DNA of 53,528 nt, counting the filler, from Catajapyx aquilonaris (Eukaryota): the NCBI GenBank assembly GCA_000934665.2. It is 2 parts of 2 records of this genome, joined end to end, with 100 filler letters (N's around TTAATTAATTAA, not from the genome) between each part and the next. Parts side by side here need not be neighbours in the genome. Positions count along the whole stretch, not along the records: positions 1 to 26,264 come from JYFJ02005236.1; 1 more part is not named here. The stretch is one strand, 5' to 3'. How positions within the stretch are numbered: position 1 is the stretch's first letter; each line of letters starts with the position of its first letter. Of the stretch, positions 1 through 10,370 are shown piece by piece. A program made the position numbers and the translations under genes. Below the pieces are notes generated by a model. The model had not been told where the DNA came from, did not search any database, and saw only the letters and a list, made by a program, of their open reading frames with translations.

Positions 1-94
1 CCAGAAAGCATCTCTTAGCAACGACTTGCTTATAAACAAGCAGCTTGCGCGATTTTTTCAATAACTACTGGTGCCATAGAGTTGGATCACCCTG
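1..94. mobile_element. End of a Tc1/mariner-type MITE or DNA transposon (partial, runs off the window start)
   Basis: Ends in GGATCACCCTG-TA, the reverse complement of the TA-CAGGGTG terminus typical of mariner-like elements; the other end is not in the window. Confidence 0.35.
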
Positions 95-158
95 TATAAT
101 TATGGATGCCGTGCTGGACTTTCATACAGTATTATTTTATGTTATAGTGTTTCAATTT

Positions 159-413
159 AGGGCGACACGGTGGCCGAGTGGTTAGCGCCGCAGCCTTCCA
201 CCTCTAAGGTCCCGAGTTCGATCCCCGGGTCGGACGGAGGATACTTATGTGGATAGAGTTTCGATGGGTTCTCTCCGTGTTCGCGTGGGTTTTCTCGGGG
301 TTCTCCCGTTTCCTCCCACTATCAAAATCCATCGAATTACAGGCAAATGATTAAAGTCAGGTATTCAAAAGATGATCCCCTAAGAGGCCCAAGGGGCCTA
401 TCATGGGGTATCC

Positions 414-474
<61 letters not shown>
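159..474 (+). mobile_element. tRNA-derived SINE with V-domain-like core and (TTA)n tail
   Basis: A box TGGCCGAGTGG (171-181), B box GAGTTCGATCCC (214-225). Central GAGTTT..GTTCTCTCCGTGTTCGCGTGGGTTTTCTC..GGGTTCTCCCGTTTCCTCCCAC (~255-320) resembles the V-SINE core as I recall it. About 20 TTA repeats. Flanking direct repeat TTATAGTGTTTCAATTT at 142-158 and 475-491. Confidence 0.9.
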
Positions 475-479
<5 letters not shown>

Positions 480-663
480 GTGTTTCAATTTGCTTTACCT
501 TGGCTCGACCATTAACTTGGTGTAATTATCTATCCACATGGTGATTCTCGCTTAATAACAATCAAATTGTTGAAGTGGCAGTGTTAGGGTTATATCATGC
601 CATTCTGCAACAATGTCACCACGGATATGATGTGGATGTAGGGGTTGGAGAATATCACAATGC

Positions 664-890
664 GGGGAGGTGTGGTGGCCGTGATGGTAACGTCACGGCT
701 TGCTGAGTGAAAGGCCCCAGGTTCGATCCCCGCCTGGGGAACTTTCCTTGCACCTGCGTCAGGAGGGTCTCTGACCTGCACCAAGGAGGTGTCTGGCAAC
801 CTAACCTCCTGGGGAACAGCACATGACCTGTTTGCAGACGTGCACCTTGCACCAATGTTCCCTCCCCAAAAATCCCTACCCCTACCCTAC
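664..890 (+). mobile_element. Second tRNA-derived SINE (different family), (CCCTAC)-like tail
   Basis: A-box-like TGGCCGTGATGG (676-687), B box GGTTCGATCCC (720-730), unrelated body, short CCCTAC repeats at 873-890; no clear TSD. Confidence 0.7.
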
Positions 891-1186
891 ATCCTTGACT
901 CCTTGCACCGGATTTTGAAGTTAAAATCTAGAAAAATGGAGTTAAATGGCGGTATTCCACTGAGTTTTGACCTAGTTCATGCCAAGGACCACAGGTGTCA
1001 CGCCATGATAATTTCTTCATGTTGTGTCATATACACGCCCTATTTCTGGACTACAGAACCAAGGTGCAGGGGGCCATAACTGTATGGCGGGCCATCACTA
1101 TGGTTTTCCCAATGTTAAAATGTGCTTAAAGTTGTCCTTTCTGACGGCAATCCCACAGAGGTCATTATTTATATCATTCTAACATA

Positions 1187-2723
1187 TAGGGTAAGGGGCC
1201 CAAGTTTCGACACCCATACGTTGTTTTCCTTTTGTTAGATAATGGCTGAACGCAGCAATGTAAGGAAAGTGAATGTTAATACATTGAACATTTACCTACT
1301 AGGTCCCGCAATAAAAATTCTGAAACAAAATTGAGGAAAAAGCATAGAATTGAAAAAGTGAAAACACCAATTTTTTCAGTTTCAAAAAAAAGTGTTCCTA
1401 ATCCGCACCTGCATTTTAATGGGAGGAAAGGCGTAAAAAATACTTCTAAATTTGTGAATGCTTTAAAATGCATGATTAATAACAATACAATGAAAACTGG
1501 TTTATCTGCAAGATGAAAATAAAAAGTTTTCCCTATTTGCAAAAAAATAATATTATGCAGTTGAATAATGACTTGATCAATTCAATGTCACGAGAACCGT
1601 TTCAACAGCAGGTAGTACTGTACATAAGCACAAACGTTTTCTGTGGCTTCTTTCTTGAGTTTCCGCGAAATAAATGGAACTGTCACTATGAGCATGATAG
1701 TACGGTAGAGCGTAATAAGGAACAAGACTACTTTCTACTGTGGCTGCTGGTTCACATCCGCAAGTTGCAGCACGATGTCACTACTTTAAAACATGCAAAT
1801 AAACAGTGTAAGCAACATCACAGGCTAAAATAAATTATTGAATAGCATAGCTTAATTGATGGGAAATGATGGCCATGCACAGCAGTCCACCATGCGCTTA
1901 GAAACAAACTGGTGTCAAAGGTTGCACAATGCACGGATGTTCGCAACAGTGCTGCCAACTCACCAATTCCGTCCCTGTGACATTTCACCACTCTCGCCGG
2001 CAAAGGACCTGTTCAAAGTTATCCTGGCAAAGAAAGGCCACCCACATGGCTCAATGATTCGTGTCAATTAGATTGGAGCAGATCACTGAAACTTGGCAAC
2101 GCAGGGGAGTTGGATCAAAATGTGGCTGTCCAGCCACTCTAATATATGTCATTCAATGGAAGAATGCTTCTAAAGGGTGACCTTCATCAGTTTGGAGAAA
2201 GAGTTAGCCCTTGCTTTGCCAACGAGCGCCATCCTGAGTCCGCCCCTCTCTCTCCTCTCTCTCTTTTAGGGGAGAGTGGGAGAGAGGAGAGGGAGTGAGG
2301 GAGAGATACGCGATTGGGCAAACGCGTGATATCTCGAAGGGGCTCGCATTTCGCATATTGGTTCCCTGACTCGGCATTTGTCTCACACGAATATTCTTAC
2401 CACATTTTTACGGGGTAAAAACCACACGAGTTTTCCTGCCTCTAAGTCAACTAATAAAACAGTTCACCACGTGACAACATGTTTTGAATCCTACCAAGGC
2501 CGCTAGGTAGCGACCCCTACCACATCAAAGATACAGTCAGTGGCGAACACAGCGGCCTTTAGCGTAAAACTAGGTGCATAGATTATACACTACAAGATGC
2601 GCAAGATGGTTGCCGCTTAGGTAGCGGGGCTACTTGAACAGGTCCTTTGCAACACTTCACCATGTAGATAGCATTGTGGTCGGAATTAGGCGCATGGTCG
2701 AAATATTGAACCCTTCCCCATAC
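1187..2723. mobile_element. Possible degenerate DNA transposon or composite of TE fragments in the intron of unit A
   Basis: TAGGGTAAGGGGCCCAAGTTTCGAC at 1187 loosely matches the reverse complement of GTCGAAATATTGAACCCTTCCCCATA near 2697-2722. Internal 1855-2002 is homologous to intron segments in units B (~6400-6556) and C (~8835-8997). Confidence 0.3.
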
Positions 2724-2917
2724 TGTATAGTGACACTGAAATCTCTGATTGTACAGTACAATATGTGGGTATGTGAGACAACTTCTTGAGCCTTTTTGGA
2801 AGGTATCCCAATGATAAGGGATACCTTCCAATAGTTCCAAATGACAAAATCAGGTGGACAGCATCACACTATTCACACTGCATAATCAAAATTAATGTAC
2901 TGTTATTCATGTTCCAG

Positions 2918-3832
2918 GTCGTGCAAGTGGAAACTGAAGGCGAAGCAGAAGAGGATGGGATCCATGAGGAAAGGAGCAGGGGAATACCTGATGGAAGAAA
3001 TCCATTTGAGTGCGGAATATGCCAGAAATTCTATGGTACTTTGCATGATTTGAATATTCACATGGTAACTCACAGTGAAAGAAACTGCTGCCATATTTGC
3101 CAGAGAAAATTTAGTCGTGCAAATGATTTGAAAAAGCACATGCGAATTCATACCGGAGAAAAACCATTTACCTGCGAGATATGTCATCAAAAATTCCGTG
3201 GATCAAATAACTTGAAAACTCGCAAGCAAATTCATACAGGAGAAAAACCATTCACTTGTGAGGTGTGCAATAAAAAATTTCGTGATGCAACGCCTTTGAA
3301 AAATCACATGCGCATTCATACAGGAGAAAAACCATTCACTTGTGAGGTGTGCCAGAAAAGATTTCGTGAGTCATGTACATTAAAACGGCACATGCGAATT
3401 CATACCGGTGAAAAACCATTCACTTGTGAGGTGTGCCAGAAAAGATTTCGTGAGTCAAGTACATTAAAACGGCACATGCGAAGTCATACAGGAGAAAAAC
3501 CATTTACTTGCAAGGTCTGCCATAAAACATTTAATCATCAGAGTAATAAGAAAATTCACATGCGAATTCATACAGGAGAAAAACCATTTACCTGCCAGAT
3601 GTGTCATCAAAAATTCCGTGGATCAAATCACTTGAAGACTCACATGCAAATTCATACAGGAGAAAAACCGTTCACTTGTGAGGACTGCCAGAAAAAATTT
3701 CGTGATTTAACTACGTTGAAAAATCACATGCGAATTCATACAGGAGAAAAACCATTCACTTGTGAGGTCTGCCAGAAAAAATTTCGTGTTTCCCAGGAAT
3801 TGAAAAAGCACATGCGAACTCATACAGGATGA
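2918..3832 (+). CDS. Unit A: C2H2 zinc-finger exon (10 fingers, third has His>Arg); upstream exon(s) not in window
   Basis: Acceptor TTCATGTTCCAG|GTC at 2917/2918, phase 0, homologous to the acceptors of B-F. Repeated C-x2-C-x3-F-x5-L-x2-H-x3-H with TGEKPF linkers. Stop TGA 3830-3832. Confidence 0.85.
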   Translation, partial: VVQVETEGEAEEDGIHEERSRGIPDGRNPFECGICQKFYGTLHDLNIHMVTHSERNCCHICQRKFSRANDLKKHMRIHTGEKPFTCEICHQKFRGSNNLKTRKQIHTGEKPFTCEVCNKKFRDATPLKNHMRIHTGEKPFTCEVCQKRFRESCTLKRHMRIHTGEKPFTCEVCQKRFRESSTLKRHMRSHTGEKPFTCKVCHKTFNHQSNKKIHMRIHTGEKPFTCQMCHQKFRGSNHLKTHMQIHTGEKPFTCEDCQKKFRDLTTLKNHMRIHTGEKPFTCEVCQKKFRVSQELKKHMRTHTG

Positions 3833-4020
3833 AACCAATATGCAAGTGCTTGTGAGGTGAGACAAAATATTTTTGTGAATCAAATAAGTTGAAGACTCAC
3901 TTAGGCCTACAAGTTCACGCAGGAGAAAAACCTATCACTGGCGACGTGCGCAGGAACAAAATCTTAAATTATGTAAGTTCAAAATTCACATGAAAATCCA
4001 TACATGAGAGAAACCCTTCT
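3833..4020 (+). pseudogene. About two decayed zinc-finger repeats downstream of the unit A stop
   Basis: Frameshifted CEV..KIF.ESNKLKTH and GEKP..DV..KIHMKIHT* remnants. Confidence 0.7.
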
Positions 4021-4266
4021 TTTATTTGCTGCTGCCATAAAATTTGTTGTTACCCAATAATAAAGAAGCCATTTATTTGTGAAAGACTATTGTCATGCAA
4101 GATGTTGGAACAGTGGCTTTCTCCGTAATGGACTGGTTTCCCCTACATTCGACACCATATGTTGCCAATAAAATCCTTTGGTTCCCAATTTTGCCAGAAG
4201 AAGTATGACTTCAGGCAGAAGCCGTGTGGGAATGCACAGAACAGAATCATGCAATGTAGGTAACAT

Positions 4267-4507
4267 CAGGGTCCCCTACATGGTTGCCTCCCCCACCCTG
4301 ACCAGGGTATTGTCTCCACGTAGTCCTTATAGGGCGTCTATATTGGAGCTAGATTGCATGCTGGAGGATAGGAAATTGGCAAGCGTCCAAATTTTTTTTT
4401 TCAAGGACATTTTTTCACTGCATGCAGAACCAATCTGATTTATGTCCAATATGTCGGAGAGACAATACCCTGTCTAGGTGGGGGAGGCACTCATGGAGGT
4501 TACCCTC
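4267..4507. mobile_element. hAT-type MITE with 8-bp TSD
   Basis: Imperfect ~50-bp terminal inverted repeats (CAGGG..TGCCTCCCCCACC..CAGGGTATTGTCTC / GAGACAATACCCTG..GGTGGGGGAGGCA..CCCTC); GGTAACAT duplicated at 4259-4266 and 4508-4515. Confidence 0.8.
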
Positions 4508-5234
4508 GGTAACATGACATGGCTTCAAATATTGGCATGAGGCAATTCATAGACGATCATTATGGTGATAATAATCATCCATGAGAATCATGTACCAGGG
4601 TTGTGTACAACTTTCCATCCATTATAAAAATGTTTATCTTTAACATGTTATGGTGCTTTATTTTCGAGACATGCTTGACCTGCTCTCATGTTTGTGCCAG
4701 GTTCACAACCTGCTGAATATATGTAATATATATTACGTCAGGTTGAGTTTCAGTAGAGACGCTTCGAAGAAGAAAAAAAGTTGCCAATTACTTTTCGATT
4801 TGTCCTTGTATCACTTCCAAACCACGTCTGTATAGTCAGCATGAACACTCTCGTGGTAAATAACAAATGAATAGAATGTATCACTTCAGTTTGGGCCGTC
4901 TGATCAGTTCAGTGCGTAGTAAGCAGTGTTGTCTCATTTGTTTATATTTTTTGCTCACAAATTATTGTAATTATTTATTGCATTGTCCACCCAATACGTA
5001 ACAAAATGAAGAGAAAATATCTACTCACTAGTGATGTAACCTTAAGAATAAATTTTGTGCAGTATTGCACTTCAGACAATACAAAAGTTTCCACACTGTG
5101 TTAATAGAGAGATAGAGATAGAGGTGGACGGTGGTTGAGGACCGCCAGCTGATGCGCCACTCTGCCACCCTTGAACTATTTCATTAAAGTGGTGGTAATT
5201 GTGATTATCTCATTTGCTTTACTTGCATTTACTA

Positions 5235-5477
5235 CTAGCAGCAGAGCCCGTTCTTCGCACGGCCTGATTCCATGGTAATCGTCAACAAAATCCCGTAGCC
5301 ATGGGCAAACAAAAAGACAAAGAAAGCATTGTCTGTAGAACAATGTCATCTGCATAATATTATGGGAAAATGTGTACGGCCAGATAATTGATAGCCAGGG
5401 ACGGGTATTTTCTTAGGAGCTGGACGTCATAATGTCTGAGATGAAGAGGTTGAAGTGCACTGGTGATTTATATATAT
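5235..5477 (-). mobile_element. Probable non-autonomous Helitron remnant
   Basis: A|CTAG followed ~10 bp later by hairpin CCGT.CTTCGCACGG, i.e. the reverse complement of a Helitron 3' end. The far boundary (TTTATATATAT near 5467-5477) is a guess. Confidence 0.45.
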
Positions 5478-5756
5478 GGGGCACCCTGCATGACACCAAG
5501 TCCAAATGACAAGAGTAGTGCCTCATTTACCTGGTTTGTATTGGCACGTACTGCACTGATTCTCTCATTTACATTATGAAATGTTTATTCTTTCGGGAAC
5601 TATAATGTGAGACTCGAAATATTGCATGCCATTGAATATTGTTTGTAATGCTAATTGTTAAAAGTAGTTAACCGTGCCTTATGTGGCCTCACCTTAGGAA
5701 TAATTGCAACGGCACATTTTCGAGCATTTTAGCCAATTATTATTGAACGCTGAAAC

Positions 5757-5921
5757 TGATGACGAAAGGAGTTATTAGCGGATAGCAGCGTTACGAGTAG
5801 CGGCGACTGGAGAGGTGGGGATAGCGCATAAGACCGTCCTTCCAACCAGGTGTGGCGACAGGAACGCACCCTTCCTTTTCATTTAAATAAAAAAGAAAAG
5901 AAAAGAAAGATGGCCGCCTGA
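5757..5921 (+). promoter_or_regulatory. Conserved promoter/5' block, unit B
   Basis: TGACGAAA..TAGCG repeats, invariant GTGGCGACAGGAACGCACCC (5852-5871), A-rich tract, AAGATGGCCGCC-TGA; paralogous blocks precede C, E, F and G. Confidence 0.7.
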
Positions 5922-5954
5922 GCATTGTCGTCCACTCCTTGTGTTTGCAGGGCC

Positions 5955-7289
5955 ATGTCTTTGATCCTGAAGGTAAAGAAGGAGGAAGGAGATGAGGAGG
6001 ACATCACAGTGGATGAGGAGAGTTGGAGGCTAAGGATGAAGGAGGAGGAGGAAGCACCGCCACCATGGTTGGACAATCATTCTACGCTCATGGAAGACAC
6101 TCTCCTCGAGATCAAGAAGGAGGAAGCGGAGGAGGAGGAGGAAGAGATGGTGGTGGACATGCCTGAGATGGGTGAAGATGAAGATGACCCTTTGGCAGTG
6201 GGGTCTGGAAGGATTAGTGGGGTGAGTGGTTGGATGAAAGGGCATTATAATCTTTTTCCACTAAAGTAAGAACAAAATGACACTATCGCATAACACAGTT
6301 TTTGACATTCCGATTGCGATCGGTGTGATGAAACGCGGTATTCAACAAAAAAAAGAATCGTCATGTCCGCTGTATCGCAAAAATGCCCTTTCACAACTCG
6401 GCTTCATTGCTGGGAAATGATCGTCCATTCTGGCGGCAGTCCACCATGCGTTTAAAGACAAACTGGTTTCAAAGGCTGTACACTGTATGGATGTTCGCAC
6501 CGGTGTAGTGCTGCCAAATTCCATATTTGTGACATATGCCCAGTTGTCGCCGGCAATTTGCAACACGTTACCACTGAGATAGCATTGACAGCATCACACT
6601 ATTCACATGGTATAATCCAAATTAATGTACTGTTATTCACTTTCCAGGTTGAGCAAGTGAAAACTGAAGGCGGAGCGGAAGAGAATGGGATCCAGAAGGA
6701 AAGGAGCAGGGGAATACGTGATGGAAGAAATCCATTTGAGTGCATAATATGCAAGAAATTCTTTGGTACTTTGCATGATTTGAATATTCACAGGGAAAGA
6801 AACTGCAGCCATATTTTACAGAAAACGATTAATCATACGGCAGGAAAACCATTCACCTGTGAGATGTGCAAGAAAAAATTTATTCAGTCAATTAATTTGA
6901 AAAAACACATGCGAATCCATACGGGAGAAAAACCATTCACTTGTGAGGTGTGCCAGAAAAAATTTCATAATTCGACTAAATTGAAAAAACACGTTCACAT
7001 CCATACGTTCGAAAAACCATTCACCTGCGAGATTTGCCAGAATAAATTTTGTCGTTCAAGTCATATGAAAAGGCACATGCGAATCCATATGGGGGAAAAA
7101 ACATTCACATGTGAGGTGTGCCAGAAAAGTTTTTGGTATTCGAGTGGGTTGAAAAAACACATGCATATTCATACAGGAGAAAAACCATACAGTTGTGAGG
7201 TGTGCCAGAAAAGATTTCGTGATTCAAGTGATTTGAAAAGGCACATGCGAATTCATACAGGAGAAAAAACATTTACATGTGGCATTTGA
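5955..7289 (+). CDS. Unit B: acidic-domain C2H2 zinc-finger protein, exons 5955-6221 + 6648-7289 (~302 aa, 5 intact fingers)
   Basis: ATG 5955, donor GGG|GTGAGT at 6221/6222, acceptor TTTCCAG|GTT at 6647/6648, both phase 0. First two fingers degenerate by deletion; ORF ends FTCGI*. Confidence 0.8.
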
Positions 7290-7620
7290 CGAAAATATTT
7301 TTGTGTTCAAGTAATTGATTGATAATTCACATACAAGTTCATACGGTACAAAACCATTTACTTGTGATGTGTGGCAGAAAAAACTAGGTGAATTATCCAT
7401 GGTGAAAATTCACATGCATATTCATACATGAGAGGAACCAGTATTAAAGTAAAGAGGCCATTTATACATGAGAAACCGTTGTCATACGAGATGTTGGAAT
7501 AGTCACATTCAAATTCACAGAGGAGAGTGACATCCTGGTTGCGAAATTTGTTACTTTGCCTGAGGTGGTTGAAGATGACCCTACGGCACTGGGGTCCAGA
7601 AATAAAAGGGGGGATGAGAT
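7290..7620 (+). pseudogene. Decayed fingers plus relic of the acidic-exon 3' end downstream of unit B
   Basis: Frameshifted finger remnants at 7290-7440; 7501-7620 reads SHIQIHRGE then (other frame) LPEVVEDDPTALGSRNKRG, similar to PEMGEDEDDPLAVGSGRISG. Confidence 0.6.
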
Positions 7621-7969
7621 CAGCAATTCTTAACCTAACATAATGTACGTACACGAAGACCCTTGTATAATCCTCCCAATGAGCCTAGTAATCGGCAACT
7701 GCAGCGAGAGAGATGAACAGAGCGTGTTGTTTCCCTGAAAGACTCGATATTGAATAATTGTTGGTGTATGGCCATCTTGTCCCCGTGCAGCATTTGCCAT
7801 GTTCTGCTGGAGTCACCTTTAACTATAAATAAAGACACTCAAACACACGATCATCAAGTGTTTATTTGGTTGAGCTGGACATTGTTCATCTGAAACACAC
7901 ATGTTTGTAGGCCGAGGTCATCTGCCAGATCGGGAGGGAAACCACGAGACCGTTTCATGGAGATTCGAT

Positions 7970-8130
7970 TAGAGAGCTATTGGCGCTTCGCAGTCACCAG
8001 TAGCGGCGACTGGGAGTGGATAGCGCGTAAGCCCGTCCTCTCACTCCATGGTGTGGTGGCGACAGGAACGCACCCCTCATTTGCACAAAAAAAAAGAAGA
8101 AGAAAAAAAAAAAGAAAAGATGGCCGCCTT
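7970..8130 (+). promoter_or_regulatory. Conserved promoter/5' block, unit C
   Basis: Invariant 20-mer at 8056-8075, CTCATTTGCAC, A tract, AAGATGGCCGCC (ATG 8120). Confidence 0.7.
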
Positions 8131-8385
8131 CGGAGCGTTGTTCTGTTGATTCTCTTCGATGCTGCTGTGGGATTGAAGGGAGTTTATTCTTCGGCTGGTC
8201 GGAGTGGAACCCCTTGGTAGGTTGGGTGTGCCCCTGTCTCGTGTTGGCTTCCCTCTGCCCACACACACCTCTCATCAGAGAGAGAGAGAGTGTCCCTCCC
8301 TCCTCATCAGCTGCCCCTTTGATTAGTTATAAAGTGGCACTCATTGACATGACTCCATGACCTCCACTCTTGTGCTTGCAGGACC

Positions 8386-10030
8386 ATGTCTTTGATCCTG
8401 AGGATAAAGAAGGAGGAGGAAGTGAAGGAGGAGGAGGACATCACAGTGGACGAGGAGAGTTGGAGGCTAAGGGTGAAGGAGGAGGAGGAAGCACCGCCAC
8501 CATGGCTGGATTCTACGCTCGTGGAAGACACTCTCCTCGAGGTCAAGAAGGAGGAAGCGGAGGAGGAGGAGGAGGAGATGGTGGTGGCCATGTCAGGGGA
8601 GGACAAAGAGGAAGATGACCCTTTGGCAGTGGGGTCTGGAAGGATTAGTGGGGTGAGTGGTTGGATGAAAGGGCATTATAATCTTTTTTCACTAAAGTAA
8701 GAACAAATTACACTATCGCATAACACAGTTTTTGACATTCCGATTGCGATCGGTGTGATGAATCGCGGTATTCAACGAAAAAATCATTGTCATGTCATGT
8801 CCGCTGTATCGCAAAAATGCCCTTTCACAACTCGGCTTCATTGCTGGGAAATGATCGTCCATTCTGGCGGCAGTCCACCATGCGTTTAAAAACAAACTGG
8901 TTTCAAAGGCTGTACACTGTATGGATGTTCGCACCCGTGTAGTGCTGCCAGCTGATAAATTCCATCTTTGTGACATATGCCCAGTTGTCGCCGGCAATTT
9001 GCAACACGTTACCACTGAGAGAGCATTGACAGCATCACACTATTCACATGGTATAATCCAAATTAATGTACTGTTATTCACTTTCCAGGTTGAGCAAGTG
9101 AAAACTGAAGGCGGAGCGGAAGAGAATGGGATCCAGGAGGAAAGGAGCAGTGGAATACATGATGGAAGAAATCCATTTGAGTGCATAATATGCAAGAAAT
9201 TCTTTGGTACTTTGCATGATTTGAATCTTCATATGGTAACTCACAGGGAAAGAAAGAGAAATCTTTATCATACAGCAGAAAAACCATTCACCTGTGAGAT
9301 GTGCAAGAAAAAATTTATTCAGTCAATTAATTTGAAAAAACACATGCGAATCCATACGGGAGAAAAACCATTCACTTGTGAGGTGTGCCAGAAAAAATTT
9401 CATAATTCGATTAAATTGAAAAAACACGTTCAAATCCATACGTTCGAAAAACCATTCACCTGCGAGATTTGCCAGAAAGGATTTTGTCATTCAAGTGATT
9501 TGAAAAGTCACATGCGAATCCATGTAAAACCATTCACATGTGAGGTGTGCCAGAAAAGTTTTTGGAATTCGAGTGGGTTGAAAAATCACATGCGAATTCA
9601 TACAGGAGAAAAACCATTCACTTGTGAGGTGTGCCAGAAAAGATTTCGTAATTCATGTGATTTGAAAAGTCACATGCGAATTCATACGGGAGAAAAACCA
9701 TTCACTTGTGAGGTGTGCCAGAAAAAATTTCGTAATTCAAGTGATTTGAAAAGTCACATGCGAATCCATACAGGAAAAAAACCATTCACTTGTGAGGTGT
9801 GCCAGAAAAAATTTATTCAGCCAGGTCACTTGAAAATTCACATGCAAATTCATACAGGAGAAAAACCATTCACTTGTGAAGTGTGCCAGACAAAATTTAA
9901 TTGTCCAAGTAATTTGAAGGTACACTTGCGAATTCATACTGGAGAAAAACCATTCACTTGTGAGATGTGCCAGACAAAATTTAGTGAATCAAAGAAGCTG
10001 AAGATTCACTTGCGACTTCATACAGGATAA
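8386..10030 (+). CDS. Unit C: acidic-domain C2H2 zinc-finger protein, exons 8386-8652 + 9089-10030 (~402 aa, 10 fingers)
   Basis: Acceptor TTGCAG|GACC-ATG, donor GGG|GTGAGT at 8652/8653, acceptor TTTCCAG|GTT at 9088/9089, phase 0; stop TAA 10028-10030. Confidence 0.85.
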
Positions 10031-10370
10031 AATAAACAATTTACTTGTGACGTGTGCCCAGATGACATTTCATGATTCACATTCTTTGAAATCTCGCATG
10101 CGAAATCACACATCAGAGAAGCCATTTATTTGTGAGGTCTGCCACAAAAAATTTAAGCATCCAAGTAATGTGATAATTCACATGCGAACTCATACAGGGG
10201 ATAAACCATTTACTTGTGAGGGTGTGCCAGCAAATGTTTGGTCAACCTGCTCATTTGAAAATGCAGATGCGAATTCACATGCAACAGAAACCATGTAGGT
10301 GTGAGGTGTGCCAGAAAAAATTTCATGATTCAAATAAGTTGAAGACTCGCATGAAAATTCATAGAGGAAA
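10031..10370 (+). pseudogene. About four frameshifted zinc-finger repeats after the unit C stop
   Basis: FTCDVC, FICEVCHKKFKHPSNVIIHMRTH, FTCE(fs)CQQMFGQPAHLKM and CEVCQKKFHDSNKLKT remnants with single-base insertions. Confidence 0.8.

Noticed and set aside
160..235. tRNA gene
   Set aside because: Has A/B boxes but continues into a SINE body, tail and TSD; the same reasoning applies to 664-740.
347..544. Poly-Tyr ORF
   Set aside because: Translation of the SINE (TTA)n tail.
634..894. 10-bp inverted repeat GGATGTAGGG/CCCTACATCC around the second SINE
   Set aside because: Short, overlaps the simple-repeat tail and has no TSD; probably chance.
2150..2200. Minus-strand hammerhead-like CTGATGA-AGGTCACCCT
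   Set aside because: No GAAA directly after stem II and no supporting stems I/III.
2786..2917. N-terminal extensions of the finger ORFs (also 6558-6647, 8921-9088)
   Set aside because: Read-through of intron sequence upstream of a conserved splice acceptor.
5757..5770. Hammerhead core or C-box (CTGATGACGAAA)
   Set aside because: No stem II, and paralogs read GAATGACGAAA, so the motif is not conserved.
7644..7900. Solo LTR (TG..CA with AATAAA)
   Set aside because: No TSD or terminal inverted dinucleotide context that I can fix, and no second copy in the window.
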